Shown here piece after piece: positions 13,155-27,321 of a stretch of 64,000 bases of DNA. How positions within the stretch are numbered: position 1 is the first letter of the stretch; every line of letters begins with the position of its first letter. The notes below the pieces were generated by a model. That model was not told where the DNA came from, did not search any database, and saw only the letters and a program-made list of their open reading frames with translations. The position numbers were made by a program, and so were the translations under genes. Source of the stretch: Eledone cirrhosa (lineage: Eukaryota); contig OZ024742.1 of assembly GCA_964016885.1 (NCBI GenBank), positions 178,312,001 to 178,376,000 of the forward strand, in the 5' to 3' direction.

Positions 13155-13593
13155 TGTAACGAAGTTATTGTTGGAAGAAATAACAAGAATAGCTGGTTTA
13201 CTGTATCTATAAAAAGGTTTACTTCACTTCACTTCATAAATTAACAAAGAACAGGTTATGAACAGTTATAAACGGTTGAAGGTGTTTTTGGTGTTGCTTC
13301 ATGGATGCGGGTGTAGTCTGAGACCAGGAAAGAGAGTAAAAGTCTGTGGTTATCTGTAGACCTCAGTGGCCTGTAGTTATAGGTGAATGTTTTACATAGC
13401 TATTCTCTGGCGTACGGCTCCGATCTCTCTATTTTCTACTTGGTCTGGTGCAGGCTGTTTATACCTGCCGTTTTCTGTTTCCTGCCTCGAGGGATCGCCC
13501 ACGCATGAACTTGTTTACGCCGAAAAGGAGGTTACCCGGAATTTGACCTTTCAGTGTCGCCCAGGGTTCAAGGTGTGGACACATTTCGCTACA
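13155..13593. mobile_element. Solo LTR (439 bp)
   Basis: Imperfect inverted termini TGTAACGAA...TTCGCTACA with a 4-bp TGTA duplication on both sides. Confidence 0.75.
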
Positions 13594-13750
13594 TGTATAC
13601 ATAATACATACATATATACATATACATGCATGCATGCATACATACATACTTTCATACATACATACACACATACATACACACACACACATACATACATACA
13701 TACATACATACATACATACATACATACATACATACATACATACATACATA

Positions 13751-15070
13751 AAAAAAAAAAATATGGTCATCAGAACTGTCAGCATACAACAAATACATTG
13801 CCCACAATACCTATGCTGTGCCAATTCTAACGCCAACATTTGGCCTACTGAACTGGTCATTGCAAGAACTAAGTGAGATGGATGTTAGAACTCGAAAACT
13901 TCTCAGTGTTACTGGGAACTTTAACATCAATGGTGATGTGGATAGGCTATACTTCTCACGCAAGGAAGGTGGCCGGGGTCTAAAATCAATATTAACAACA
14001 TATGAGACCCGGATAGTAACACTGAAGCAACACCTTCAACAGAGGAAAAAGGTTGGCGACCATCTTGCTCAGGTTTATGAGCATGAAAAAAGAAATATCA
14101 TTAGAATAGCGACTGATCTGGAGGAGAGATATGGAATAAAGCCTGATATAAATCTCTCACCCAGAGAAATCGGAAGATCCTATTCAATGTTCAAACAAGA
14201 AAAAGAAATTGACCAATTTACAGAGAAAGTTGTGCATGGATACTTGAGGCGTAAAACACAGACCATAGAGGGGATAAACCACTCAAAAAGCCTGGCATGG
14301 AGTTCCGACAAGTTTATGACATCACACCTTGAGGGATATCTCTATGCAATACAGGAACAAGAACTCCCTACCAAATATCTGCTGCACAAAAGAGGAGGGC
14401 CAGCAGCTGACAATAAATGTAGGCTATGTAAAACAAAGATCGAGGATGTAAGCCACATTGTTGCCAGCTGCGAAAGAATGTCATCTCGCTACTACCTCCC
14501 CATGAGACACGATGGGATAGCTAGAACTATCTGGAACGCACTTCGGAAAACAAAATTAACAACAAACGAGGAAGAATATATTGAGACAGATGGCATTAAG
14601 GAATACTGGTGGATCCTGAAAATAAAAACTGCCACCAAATTAAAGCACAACCGGCCTGATATTGTAGTTTGGGACCACACATTGAAAACGTGTTCTGTTG
14701 TGGAGATCAGCTGCCCACTTGATGTAAACGTTGTCAGAAAAATACAGGAGAAGGAGGACATCTACGGCCATTGATGAGGAGCTTACAAATCCAGTATCCA
14801 AGATACACCTTTAGCTTCATACCCATCATTATTGGTGCTACGGGTTATATACCAACCCGCTTGGACCAAAGTATGACCGAACTTGGATTTGCGGACAAAA
14901 AGCGCAGCTCCCTAATTCATAGTCTACAAATGGCTGCGATAGCTGGCACCTTCAAAATATGCAAAACATTCTTGCGATTCAAGGGATGACAATTTCTTTT
15001 CTTTTACAACCTTGCCACCAGGAAGGTGGCCGGTCAAAAAAATATACTCGAAATTAAGAGAAACAGAAAA
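13751..15070 (+). mobile_element. R4/Dong-like family A, 1.3 kb 3' copy
   Basis: Nearly identical to 8366-9682, with a 1-nt deletion near 14767; (CATA)n on both sides. Confidence 0.92.
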
Positions 15071-15142
15071 CATACATACATACATACATACATACATACA
15101 TACATACATACATACATACATACATACATACATACATACATA

Positions 15143-15977
<835 letters not shown>

Positions 15978-16103
15978 TACCTACATACACACATACATAC
16001 ACACACATACATATATACATACATACGCACGTGCATACATACATACATACATACATACATACATACATACATACATACATACATACATACATACATACAT
16101 ACA

Positions 16104-16617
16104 TGGTGGCAGCCAACTCGTTTTCGAGTACGGCCACTACTTGAAAACTCTGGTACAAACACTACACTTGTGACAATTATTGACACATAGTGCTGGGCCC
16201 ATGGTACCATGTGACGACAAGTGCAGAGAGATCTCCAGATATAAAGCAATGCCTGTGCCGTGAAGCTTTTATAGTGAGCAAAGGCACTGCACAAAGCCAG
16301 TCCCACTCTCTTAACCAAGATGATATTTACCAAAAAGAAGAACAAGTCAACATCATTGGATACCATCAGGGTTGCAGGTATTATATCAGAGTTTTCCTTC
16401 TCCTAGAATTCTGCCTTGACAAAGGCTAAGGGGTCAACTCTCTTAAGAGCTCCTTTACCCTTTTACAGGTTTTGTTTTTAGTCCTGCAGGATGTCCAAAG
16501 TCACCCTCCTCACCAAGAAACCTTGGTGGGGTTGCCAGTTTAGTCGCCAACGACCCGACCATGAGACAGGTTGTACTGGGATACATGTTACCAGTAGCAC
16601 CAACTGCTGACCTGACA
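16104..16617 (-). mobile_element. Family N1 copy with two small internal deletions
   Basis: Aligns to 4837-5439; microsatellite on both sides. Confidence 0.8.
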
Positions 16618-17166
16618 TATATATACACATATATATACACACATATATATATACACATATATATACACATATATATACACATATATATACATACATACAT
16701 ACATACATACATACATACATACATACATACATACATACATACATACATACATACATACATACATACATACATACATACATACATACATACATACATACAT
16801 ACATGCATATATACATATTTATGTAGCTGATAGGGAAATGAAATGTTATCACTATAAGAAATGTGCCAGAGACTATGTAAGTTTGTAGAGTTCACAGATG
16901 GCGCTATCTCATGTCAAATATATTTGACTTCAAGGTGATAACATCTAAAGAGTAACAGGAACAATCTGATACAAATTCATGATTGTCAATTATTTATTCT
17001 TTTGTTTAGCAACATCGTGTATTCAATGTCTTTTATATAACATATCCTGTCTCACTTATAATCACTCATTTATATCAAAGAAATATAACTAAGATATATA
17101 TATATATATATATACATACACACACATATATATATATATGTATATATTTATACATATATATATTTT

Positions 17167-17245
<79 letters not shown>

Positions 17246-17865
17246 ATATGTGTGTGTGTATATATATATAACTGCTTCTATATACAACCCTGATCTAGAT
17301 AATGGATCACCTGGAAAAATTCTCTTTTTATTCCATTCATTTTCATTTTGAAAAAGTACAAAATATCAGAGCTTTTTTTTATATAATTTAAATTCTATGA
17401 TATTATCTATGCAATTCTGATATTTATACCTTCATCTGTGATTTTTGTTTTTCTCCGTTTCAATTTTCATTTAAGTTTTTTTTTTTTTAATTGTGTGTGT
17501 TTGTGCGTGTGGTGTGTGTGTGGGGGGGGGGTGCAAGTGTATGTGTGTAAGTGCTTGCAAAATTTCAAAGATCTTTCAGTTTCAGTTACGTTAAATATAT
17601 TTTTGTTTTCTTTTTATATAATAATTATTTTATGCTGCTCTATATTTTATGATCTTTATCAATTTTAGGATCGATGGCTTTCGCGAAAGGGAATAAGCAT
17701 TTATCATCTTCCAAAGAACATGATAAATGCTTAGTTTGTTCCTTTCTTGGTAGAACTCATAAATTTTAGTTTATCAAAAAAACAAAATTGAAGGAAAGGA
17801 AAAAGTTTATATTCCATTGAACGATGATGTATGGGATAATTCTTCGTTAAAAACAAAGTGGTAAC

Positions 17866-18395
17866 ACTGTCCAGTGAAAATCTCTGACCAGTGCAGTGAA
17901 AATCTCTGAACAGTGCAGTGAAAATATTCTGTCCACTTCAAAGAAATAACTCTGTCAACTTCAAAGAAATAGCTCTGTCCACTTCAGAGAAAAGTTCTGT
18001 CCACTTCAGAGAAAAGTTCTGTCCACTTCAGAGAAAAGTTCTGTCCACTTCAGAGAAAAACTCTGTCCACTTCAGAGAAAAATATCTGTCTACTTCAGAG
18101 AAAATGCTCTATCCAGTTCGGTAAAAAAAAATCTGTCCACTTCACTGAAAAATTCTGTCAACTGCAAAGAAATAGCTGTCAACTTCAAAGAAATAGCTGT
18201 CAATGTCAAAGAAATGGCTGTCAACGTCAAAGAAATGGCTGTCAACTTCAAAGAAAAGCTCTCTCCACTTCAAAGAAAAGCTCTCTCTCCACTTCAAAGA
18301 AAAACTGTGTCCAGTTCAATGAAAAACTATGTCCAGTTCAATGAAAATCTCTGACCAGTTCAGTAAAAAACTAAGTCTAGCAAAACTGTCCAGCT
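17866..18395. repeat. Minisatellite, 20-22 bp unit (CTGTCCACTTCAGAGAAAAGTT)
   Basis: Direct inspection of tandem units. Confidence 0.9.
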
Positions 18396-18429
18396 ATGGG
18401 CAGTAAGGTGTTTAATGAAGTGTGCTATG

Positions 18430-19210
18430 GTTTGGTTTGGTGTTTATGGAAGTGTAGTCTGGTGTTTATGGAAACGTAGTGTGGTGTTTATAGAGACGTA
18501 GTGTGGTGTAGTGTGCTGTTATGTGGTGTAGTGTGGTGCTTATGGAAGTGAGGTGTGGTGCTTATGGATGTCCTATATAGTGATTATAGAAGTGTAGTGT
18601 GGTGTAGTAAGGGGTTTATGGAGATTAGGTGCGGAGTTAATAGAAGTGAAGGGCGGTGTTTATGGAGATGTAGTATGGTGTTTATAAAGGTGAAGTGTGG
18701 TGTTTTGGGAAATGAGGTGTAGTGTAGTGTGGTGTTAATAGAAGTGAAGAACAGTGGTGTTTTGGGAAGTGAGGTGTGGTGTAGTGTGGTGTTTATAGAA
18801 GGGAAGAACAATGGTGTTTGGAGAAGTGAGGTGTGGTGTAGTGTGATGTTTTTAGAAGTGAAGAACTGTGGTGTTTTGGGAAGTGAGGTGTGGTGTAGTG
18901 TGGTGTTTATAGAAGGGAAGAACAATGGTGTTTGGGGAAGTGAGGTGTGGTGTAGTGTGATGTTTTTAGAAGTGAAGAACTGTGGTGTTTTGGGAAGTGA
19001 GGTGTGGTGTAGTGTGGTGTTTATAGAAGGGAAGAACAATGGTGTTTGGGGAAGTGAGGTGTGGTGTAGTGTGATGTTTTTAGAAGTGAAGAACTGTGGT
19101 GTTTTGGGAAGTGAGGTGTGGTGTAGTGTGGTGTTTATAGAAGGGAAGAACTGTGGTGGTTTTCGAAGTGAGGTGTGGTGTAGATTATTGTTTATAGAAG
19201 TGTAGTGTAA
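18430..19210. repeat. G/T-rich minisatellite, 57-bp unit forming a 114-bp dimer
   Basis: Alternating GAAGTGAAGAAC and GAAGGGAAGAAC units 57 bp apart; 19-aa periodicity in the ORF track. Confidence 0.9.
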
Positions 19211-19319
19211 TGTTTATGGGGTGCTTATATAGTGATAATATAAAGGTAGTGATATGTAACGTTTGAGAAATGTGGTGTAGCTGTTGTAGATTAGAAGCAA
19301 GTCAGCCATGATTGGACAG

Positions 19320-19580
19320 GCTTATGGTCAAAATCCTATTGTCAAAAACTAATGATCAAAATCCTATAATCAAAACCCTGTGATCAAACACCTATCATCA
19401 AAGTCTTATAATCAAACACCTATGATCAAACACCTATGATCAAACACCTACGATCAAAGTCCTATAATCATAGCCATATGATCAGAGCTATGATCAAAGC
19501 TTAATGGTCAAAGTCCTACAATCAAAATCATATGATCAAAGTTCTATTATCAATGTCCTACGATCAATGACATGATAAAG
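19320..19580. repeat. Degenerate minisatellite (ATGATCAAACACCT-like, ~14 bp)
   Basis: Tandem TGATCAAA..CCTA units. Confidence 0.8.
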
Positions 19581-19759
19581 GGAAATTCTGCAACTGACAT
19601 CAAACATTGAGAACGCCATTATCTAATGTGTCTTATGTGAAGGGAAGTAACTGCTATTTATATAGTCGGTCAAGCAACTACATGGAGGCTCCATCGTTTA
19701 GGCCGTGTTGTATAATTCATGTACGTGTAGTGCGGATTTTTAATGTTTCATGGCGTCTG

Positions 19760-19801
<42 letters not shown>

Positions 19802-19974
19802 ATAGTATAGCCCTATGAATGTGTGTGAGCATACATATATCATATATATATAGTTCAAGGAAACAACAAACAGAGGTACAAATATATATATATATATATA
19901 TATATTGTGAAATCCAGGTATTTTTTCTCTCTCTCTCTCTCTTTTCTCCCTTTTCTCTTCCTCTCCTCTCTTTT

Positions 19975-20028
<54 letters not shown>

Positions 20029-20472
20029 CTGTTCCTAGTTAACGAAGCTGGAGGGTTTATTCAGCCTCTGCTTTAGATCTACGTTACTCTGAACTTAGCT
20101 CTGCAATGGTTCATTGTATTTCATTTGATATCATTTTATTTCTACTTCTTCTCCATTTCGTTTTCCTCAGCAAATTTTCTCATTTCAGAATAAATCTCTG
20201 ATAAATGGGGGATTTGAACCAAGTAAAATTAATCTTCAGCAAGTTTTAAGAATAGAAAATGTAGTTTTGCACGAACAATAGACTCACCATAGATTGGTAA
20301 AAGATATGTAGAATAGGGTTTACTTTATACAATAGTATTGATGTACAGAAAGCAATTTTTCCCAACGTATGTCGAGCGAGAGAAAGAGTCAACAGGTCAC
20401 AGTTCTTTATCTTCGAACATGCAATCTGACAACTTTCCTTCTCTTTCGCTTCCCCCCTCTCTTTCTCTCTCC

Positions 20473-20532
<60 letters not shown>

Positions 20533-20623
20533 CTATCTCTCTCACTGTGTATATATATATAATATGCGTGTGTGAGAGTATGTATACATATACGTATATA
20601 TGTATGTTTGCATACATTTATAG

Positions 20624-20788
<165 letters not shown>

Positions 20789-20852
20789 CCTCTCTATCTA
20801 TGTCTATCACTATAACACATTTTCGCCGTTGTTTTCTCTCTCTCTCTCTCTC

Positions 20853-20888
<36 letters not shown>

Positions 20889-21714
20889 CCTCTCTACACC
20901 TCCTAAGAACTGTACCCCCCACCCCCCACCCTTATATTCCTTTCAGAATCAGTGAAGATGATAAAAATTTACAGCATTGTATTGCAGGCTGGATTCACAG
21001 AACAGTCAAACAATTGTACTTAATAATATATCAATGGAAGAAATAGGTTATTTAATATTAATGACAACAACCAGATAACAAAATATAATAATAGCTTTCT
21101 TTTATGAAATAAAATAACGTGATTTCTAGGTGTTTACCATAGTACGTTCATTGCTTAGAAGCTCGTGTTGTCGACACAGCATGACCGAATGGTGAGGAAG
21201 TTCGCTTCTCAATCATTAGATTCTGAGTTCGATCTCTGTACATTTAATCTTGGGGTAAGTGTCAATTAGCATGGCATGGCATGATCCCGTAATTTCGGAT
21301 GGAGTCGTAGGGGTGCCGCAGTGGCAGAATGTGTTTCTGGGGCATTTTAAGCCTGGCCAAGCCCATCCCTTTCTATGTCTGAATACAATAAACTTCTTCC
21401 AGAGAAGGAGAGAGAGTGAGAGAAAGCAAGTGAGAAAGAGTACTAGACTGAGTACGACCTGAGTACTAGACTGGTACTTTTTGTATTGACCTTGAAAGGA
21501 TGAAAGGCAAAGCAAATAGCAATTACCATAGACATAAACCTGACAAAAGCAGCTTGATAATGTCTGTTTTCCCGATACCAATGGCTGGCGCGGTTATGTG
21601 GTTGCTTTACGGGATATTGAGATGTGGTTGAGATGTTGGATTAGCCGGAATTATGAGTGCAGATCAGCAGTTGGTTTATGGTATTTTCTGAGAGATTTTG
21701 TTTACGAGTTAGGG

Positions 21715-22017
21715 CAGAGGTTCTCAAAATTAGCGCTACCACCCCTCGGGGGTCGCGGGGCCTATGATGCTATAATAGTATATTAAATATCAAATGATAC
21801 ATATTATATATAAATATAGTAAAATAAAAAATATATAATATTTATTTATATATAGTATATATTATATTATTTATTATATATAAATTAATTATTTCATTTA
21901 TAAAATATAATTTATAATTTGTGTGTAGGCGGGTCTCTCTGGAAACAGGGATGGGGACGTTGAGGGTATTACGTGGCCGTGAGGGAGGCGGTGGCCCAAG
22001 AAGTTTGAGAACCTCTG
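21715..22017. mobile_element. hAT-like MITE
   Basis: Perfect 14-bp TIR CAGAGGTTCTCAAA / TTTGAGAACCTCTG with AT-rich interior; target duplication not clear. Confidence 0.75.
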
Positions 22018-22088
22018 GTATAAGGCAACCGATGGTCTTATTTACATAAATACGTTCAGTTACTCTATGACTCTGAATGGGAAGAGTC

Positions 22089-24370
22089 TATAGCGAGAAT
22101 ACTGGGTTGTATGAATGTAACAAGGAATACATTGTTTGTGTGTATAATATTTAATTAACAATGGTAGATAGTATAGTTGACATGTCAAAGATGAGGATGA
22201 TAGAATGAAGCAAAGTTAGTAGTTACCGTTTTGATTGCCAGGCAAACGCGGCTGGCAGAGGACGCCTGGCTAAGGCCAGGCGCCTGTTGGCCAAATGAAT
22301 GGCAGAGCCAAATGAGAGGCTCTTGACCTGGTACCGAAAAGGCAATGAGATAATGAGAGCTTAAAGTTGTTAGTTTTATAGGGTACTGACCGGAAGTTGC
22401 AGAAAGGGTTCCACCCCCTGTCCAGACGCCAATCCAAACAAGGGAGACAACCGCTACATAACCTCCCGCCAGAATTTTAGTGTATAAAAATCGAAATGAA
22501 AATATGTAGCAAGTTGGCGAGAATGTTGTAACAGGCATGAAAATTACGACAAAAGAATGTTTGCAAAAATCAATGATAGATATCAAGGTAGCCAACCGCT
22601 CTTGGCCAGAGAACGACTGGACATCCATCTATCCATCACCCAAAGATACAATGTAATAAAGTAAAAGTAATAGAAGAGCTCAAAGTTCAAATGTACAAAA
22701 TATAGTTCACAGGTGTGCAATCACATGACAGCAGGAAAGAAAGTGTGTTCCAGAGAATGAATGCAGGTGGTTTCTGTTCTGTGGTATATCGTGAAATTTC
22801 CAACCTCCGAATGGATTTTCTCACAGGGAGAGTGCTGCAAAAATAAATTCTCTGGCGTTCTGCTGGTTGTTGGTGAAGCTGTGTTGATGTATTGCTGCTG
22901 CTGTTGTCTCGCTGAGTGAGCATATTCGGTAAAAAAAAAAAAAAAAATTTTTTTTTTTTTTTTAGAAAAAATGAGTTGCGCAAAGTGCTAGAAATAGCAG
23001 CCGAAGTTGATGATCGATGTTGAGAATGCGTTGACCTGGAAGGGTCAAGAGGCCAGCGACCAGAGAAATAAGCATTCCTAATAAATGCGCGGTTATCAAC
23101 GGTAAATTTACATTGTAAATTTATAAACCGGCAAATAGAAGAATATAGCTTAAGGCTGAAGAATCCTTGGCGAGAAATGTTAGCTCTGGCGTGCGGCTAT
23201 GTCTGTGAGTAGAGACATCTCTGTGAATCGAGAATTTGTGCTGCCTACACGTGCCAATACAAGGTTGAAAAAAATAATATTTCTAACGCGCGAGAAAATG
23301 ATAGTGTAATTTTGAAAGTGACAATGATGAAAAATAAAGGCTTCACTCAGCATAATTATTGGTGTGAACTTTGGGAAAAAAAAAAACTTGAACGATGAAG
23401 AAAACGATGAACAAAAAGGCAATGGTTCATCGAAAATAAATGTTCCTGTTGAAATGTTTTTTAAAGAATATCAAATTTCTTTTTTTTTTTGTGTGTGTTT
23501 TGAAAGAGTTCGTTGTAAGAAACGAGAAACATGTATATATATCGTGAAATGCGACAGTTAGTTGATGCATGAGTGAAAAAGTCTGTCTGAACGCGAATTC
23601 CACATGTGCGTGTGTGCGTTTGTTTCTTTTACTGAGTATTTTCATAGTTTGTCGATAAATTTACTGCGTATTCGTAATGTTACTCACACAAAACCAGATG
23701 TGCTATTTTTTTATTTTTTGGGGGTGACCACTTATAGCGATGAACGGCTGCGTGTTCGTATCACGTCAGGGTTACCAATATAGCGAGAGTACTGGGTTGT
23801 ATGAATGTAACAAGGAATACATTGTTTGTGTGTATAATATTTAATTAACAATGGTAGATAGTATAGTTGACATGTCAAAGATGAGGATGATAGAATGAAG
23901 CAAAGTTAGTAGTTACCGTTTTGATTGCCAGGCAAACGCGGCTGGCAGAGGACGCCTGGCTAAGGCCAGGCGCCTGTTGGCCAAATGAATGGCAGAGCTA
24001 AATGAGAGGCTCTTGACCTGGTACCGAAAAGGCAATGAGAGAATGAGAGCTTAAAGTTGTTAGTTTTATAGGGTACTGACCGGAAGTTGCAGAAAGGGTT
24101 CCACCCCCTGTCCAGACGCCAATCCAAACAAGGGAGACAACCGCTACATAAAGGCAAACGCGGCTGGCAGAGGACGCCTGGCTAAGGCCAGGCGCCTGTT
24201 GGCCAAATGAATGGCAGAGCCAAATGAGAGGCTCTTGACCTGGTACCGAAAAGGCAATGAGAGAATGAGAGCTTAAAGTTGTTAGTTTTATAGGGTACTG
24301 ACCGGAAGTTGCAGAAAGGGTTCCACCCCCTGTCCAGACGCCAATCCAAACAAGGGAGACAACCGCTACA
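22089..24370 (-). mobile_element. Internally deleted Gypsy-type LTR retrotransposon (CsRn1-like: tRNA-Trp PBS, 4-bp TSD)
   Basis: Near-identical 370-bp LTRs at 22089-22458 and 23779-24148 (TGTAGCG...CGCTATA on -), extra partial LTR 24152-24370, AGTC on both flanks, PBS TGGTAACCCTGACGTGAT, PPT-like CTGGCGGGAGGTTA; ~1.3 kb interior with no intact ORF. Confidence 0.88.
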
Positions 24371-24949
24371 AGTCGTTATAGTATAGGGTAAATGTATTGC
24401 AGTAGCTGTTCCGGCACTCTGCGCTCTGAGTTCAAATCTCGCTAATTTCCATTCTTATAGTGGAGTCGATATATAAAGTGTCGCTTAAATAGTGCTACCG
24501 ATCCTTCTATCTTCTCTCTTTTACTCATAGAATTGGCTGTAGTCGACATGGAGAAGTAGTATGTTTCCAGGTTGTTTACCTACTCATCAGGCATAAAATG
24601 GTCGACAAAAGAATCTAGAATGAATATATGGAATGGACCTTCTTCATTCCATATATTCTCCCGATGATGAGTGTTCCAGTTTTATCAATCGGCGGAATAG
24701 GCTGGGCATGAAATTAACGTGCAAATGTCTAAGCATTCCACAGACATGTATACACTTAACGTAATATCTCGAGAGATACGGAGTAGCACAGGCTGGTCCA
24801 TTGAATTACAGGTACAATCCATTCTTCAGATTTCCATCTACCCAGTTTCATTAATGAAGCATGTGTCAACTCGAGGTTATGATAAATGAGACTTGCTCAA
24901 GATGCCCAATGGGACCCAACGATATATATATATATATATATAATATAAT

Positions 24950-26161
24950 ATAAGATCAAAAGATGGTTAAAAGAGTTCCATGTATTTTATTATGCGCATT
25001 TCAAAAACAAATATCATCATGCGATGACATTTGCGTTTTCGTCAGATAAAATAGGGAGACATGATATGAAGGTTAAAAAACACATGTGAATAGTGCTGTT
25101 TTAAATCAACATATGAAAAGTAGCTTTAGATTGATGTGTGATATTGGGAAAAAAAATTGAGGGGGAGGTGGAAAGGATGAAAAAGAGGAGAAGATGAGAG
25201 TAAAGAATGGAGGGGGAGGAGTATAATAAGGAAGGATGAGATAGGAGGAGAGATGAGTGATAGAGAGAGAGAGATAGCTTTTATAACTGAGAAAAATATA
25301 TTATTTTACAGAGATAGGTTAAAAAACCGTTGGAAGATAATATATAAATTAAAAGAATTTGAAAATTAACGAAGAGGAAAATTTAAGAATAATATTAAAT
25401 TAAGGTTTGTATATTGAAGGGTTTAATAATATGTGCGATGAAAAGAAATTGTTAATATGTATTCAGAATAATATTAAGTTATGGTTTGAATATTGAAGGG
25501 TTTAATAATATGTGCGATGGAAAGAAATTGTTGATATGTATTATTAAAAAAATAAAAATAGTAATGTAATTAAGGATATATTGTGAAAAGAAGTAGCAGA
25601 GTGAATGAATTAATATATGTAAATAGTTTGTTTACAAATGAGCGCAGAGAGCAAAGAATGAGATAGTGTTTAAGGAGAAGACCTTAACATCAAAATATGT
25701 ATGTTTATGAAGTATTTCCTAATGGTAATAATATAATGTAATAAAGGAGATTAGTTAGGGTTTAAGTTTGATTTTATGTGTTGTGATGTGTAATATGTAG
25801 AAGTTAAACGAGCATGAAAGGGAGAAAAAAATAATGAATTGAGGATGAATAATCTAACGTCAAAAAAAATGTTTATGTTTACGAAGGATTTTTCAAGGTG
25901 ATACTATAAAGTATTTAAAAGGGTAATAGTAAGTTTTATGGCCAGTGATAGGATGGAAGAAGGAAGAGTGGATATATTGTGGTGAGTAATAATGAGAATT
26001 GAGAAGTATCTAGGAAGAAAAGGTACAAATTAGAGGTTAGAAATTAAAAGAAAAAAGGAAAAAAGGAAGAAAGGGAAGTGATATAGAATGAGTAACTGGT
26101 ATTATATAATGTATAATAAATAACATTGAAATAAGGTAGAAAGATGGGTATATTTTTAAAG

Positions 26162-26226
<65 letters not shown>

Positions 26227-26781
26227 CCTTTGAGAAAAGGGATTTTAAATTGGTAAATTATTAGATATTAGCTGTATACTTTATGGAATGTTCTGTGGAA
26301 TTTATGCAAGCAGAGAGAAAACAAGTCAGTGCGTCTATTTATTATAGAATATAAATTAGATATAATGGTAAATTTCTCACATAAACAGAGATTACATGTT
26401 TTGGATAGAGAGGCATTCAATTGAAGAAGCAGAACAAACCTTCCTCCAAGAGGTGTTATAGTTAATATTTTTGTCTTTCAAGGACCATATGAGTTCTGAG
26501 AGTGCCGTGTTGGTTCTTTTAAGTTGGTATTTAAAAGACGAATGATGATTATAAAGACGAGCTTTAAAGGAGGTGGAAGTGGAGCCAAAATAGGTAAAGG
26601 GATTGGTGTCAGTTATAACTTTACATTCATAGATTAAGTTTTTTTCAAGGCAATGGTTGTTGAGAGGACATATATTTTTAACAGGGCAATTACAATTGCA
26701 ATTACAATTACAATCGCATTCCAAAACATTGAAAAAATCACTGCCTACTTGGTCGGTGGCAAATTCAAAAGAATCAATCAC
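24950..26781 (-). mobile_element. Penelope-like element 3' part (degenerate GIY-YIG endonuclease, long AT-rich 3' region, hammerhead)
   Basis: CNC..CPLNNHCL..LIYEC..YFGST..FKARL..H..SF..TALSELIW at 26392-26720; boundaries approximate. Confidence 0.75.
24983..25053 (-). ncRNA. Minimal type I hammerhead ribozyme
   Basis: TATTTTAT-CTGACGA-[long stem II, GCAT loop]-GAAA-T(GCGC)A-TA-ATAAAATA: 8-bp stem I, complete core, short stem III with palindromic loop. Confidence 0.8.
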
Positions 26782-27263
26782 GTGACATCGAGGTTAATCA
26801 GTGAGGAGTGGGGTGTTAAGAAGACAGTAGCCGGACTATTGCTATGAACTATAGTAGCAGTTTTGGTAAATTTTTGCTCAACAAAATAATTTGGAGTAGG
26901 CAGTGATTTTTTCAATGTCTTGGAATTTAGTCCTCGCTTGCTTTTTTCCATCCACTGAATTATTTGTGTATAAGTTCCCTGTGTCCACGCATCGCCTGGG
27001 AACTTAGCTGAGAATTGACTTCCTGATGACGAAAGGTATTCTCCATGTTCCATTCGGAAACCATGTTTATTCCCTTTCAGAAAGTAATTAGTTGGAGTGA
27101 AATTTTAGTAAGTAAGTTAATTTTTATAATTTTCTTATTTTACGTCTTTCATATAATTGTTCTGCATCCCCTTGCATTGCACCACAAAGTTACTAAGACA
27201 AAACCTATATATTTGCTAGCATAGGTATGCATCTGTATATATATGTTGGTAGATATACTAATT

Positions 27264-27319
<56 letters not shown>

Positions 27320-27321
<2 letters not shown>

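Noticed and set aside
18584-19205. Repetitive 151-aa and 158-aa ORFs
   Set aside because: A by-product of a stop-free 57-bp minisatellite unit, open on both strands.
23746-23777. tRNA-Trp gene
   Set aside because: Only the 3' part is present, it includes CCA, and it sits at the PBS position of an LTR element.
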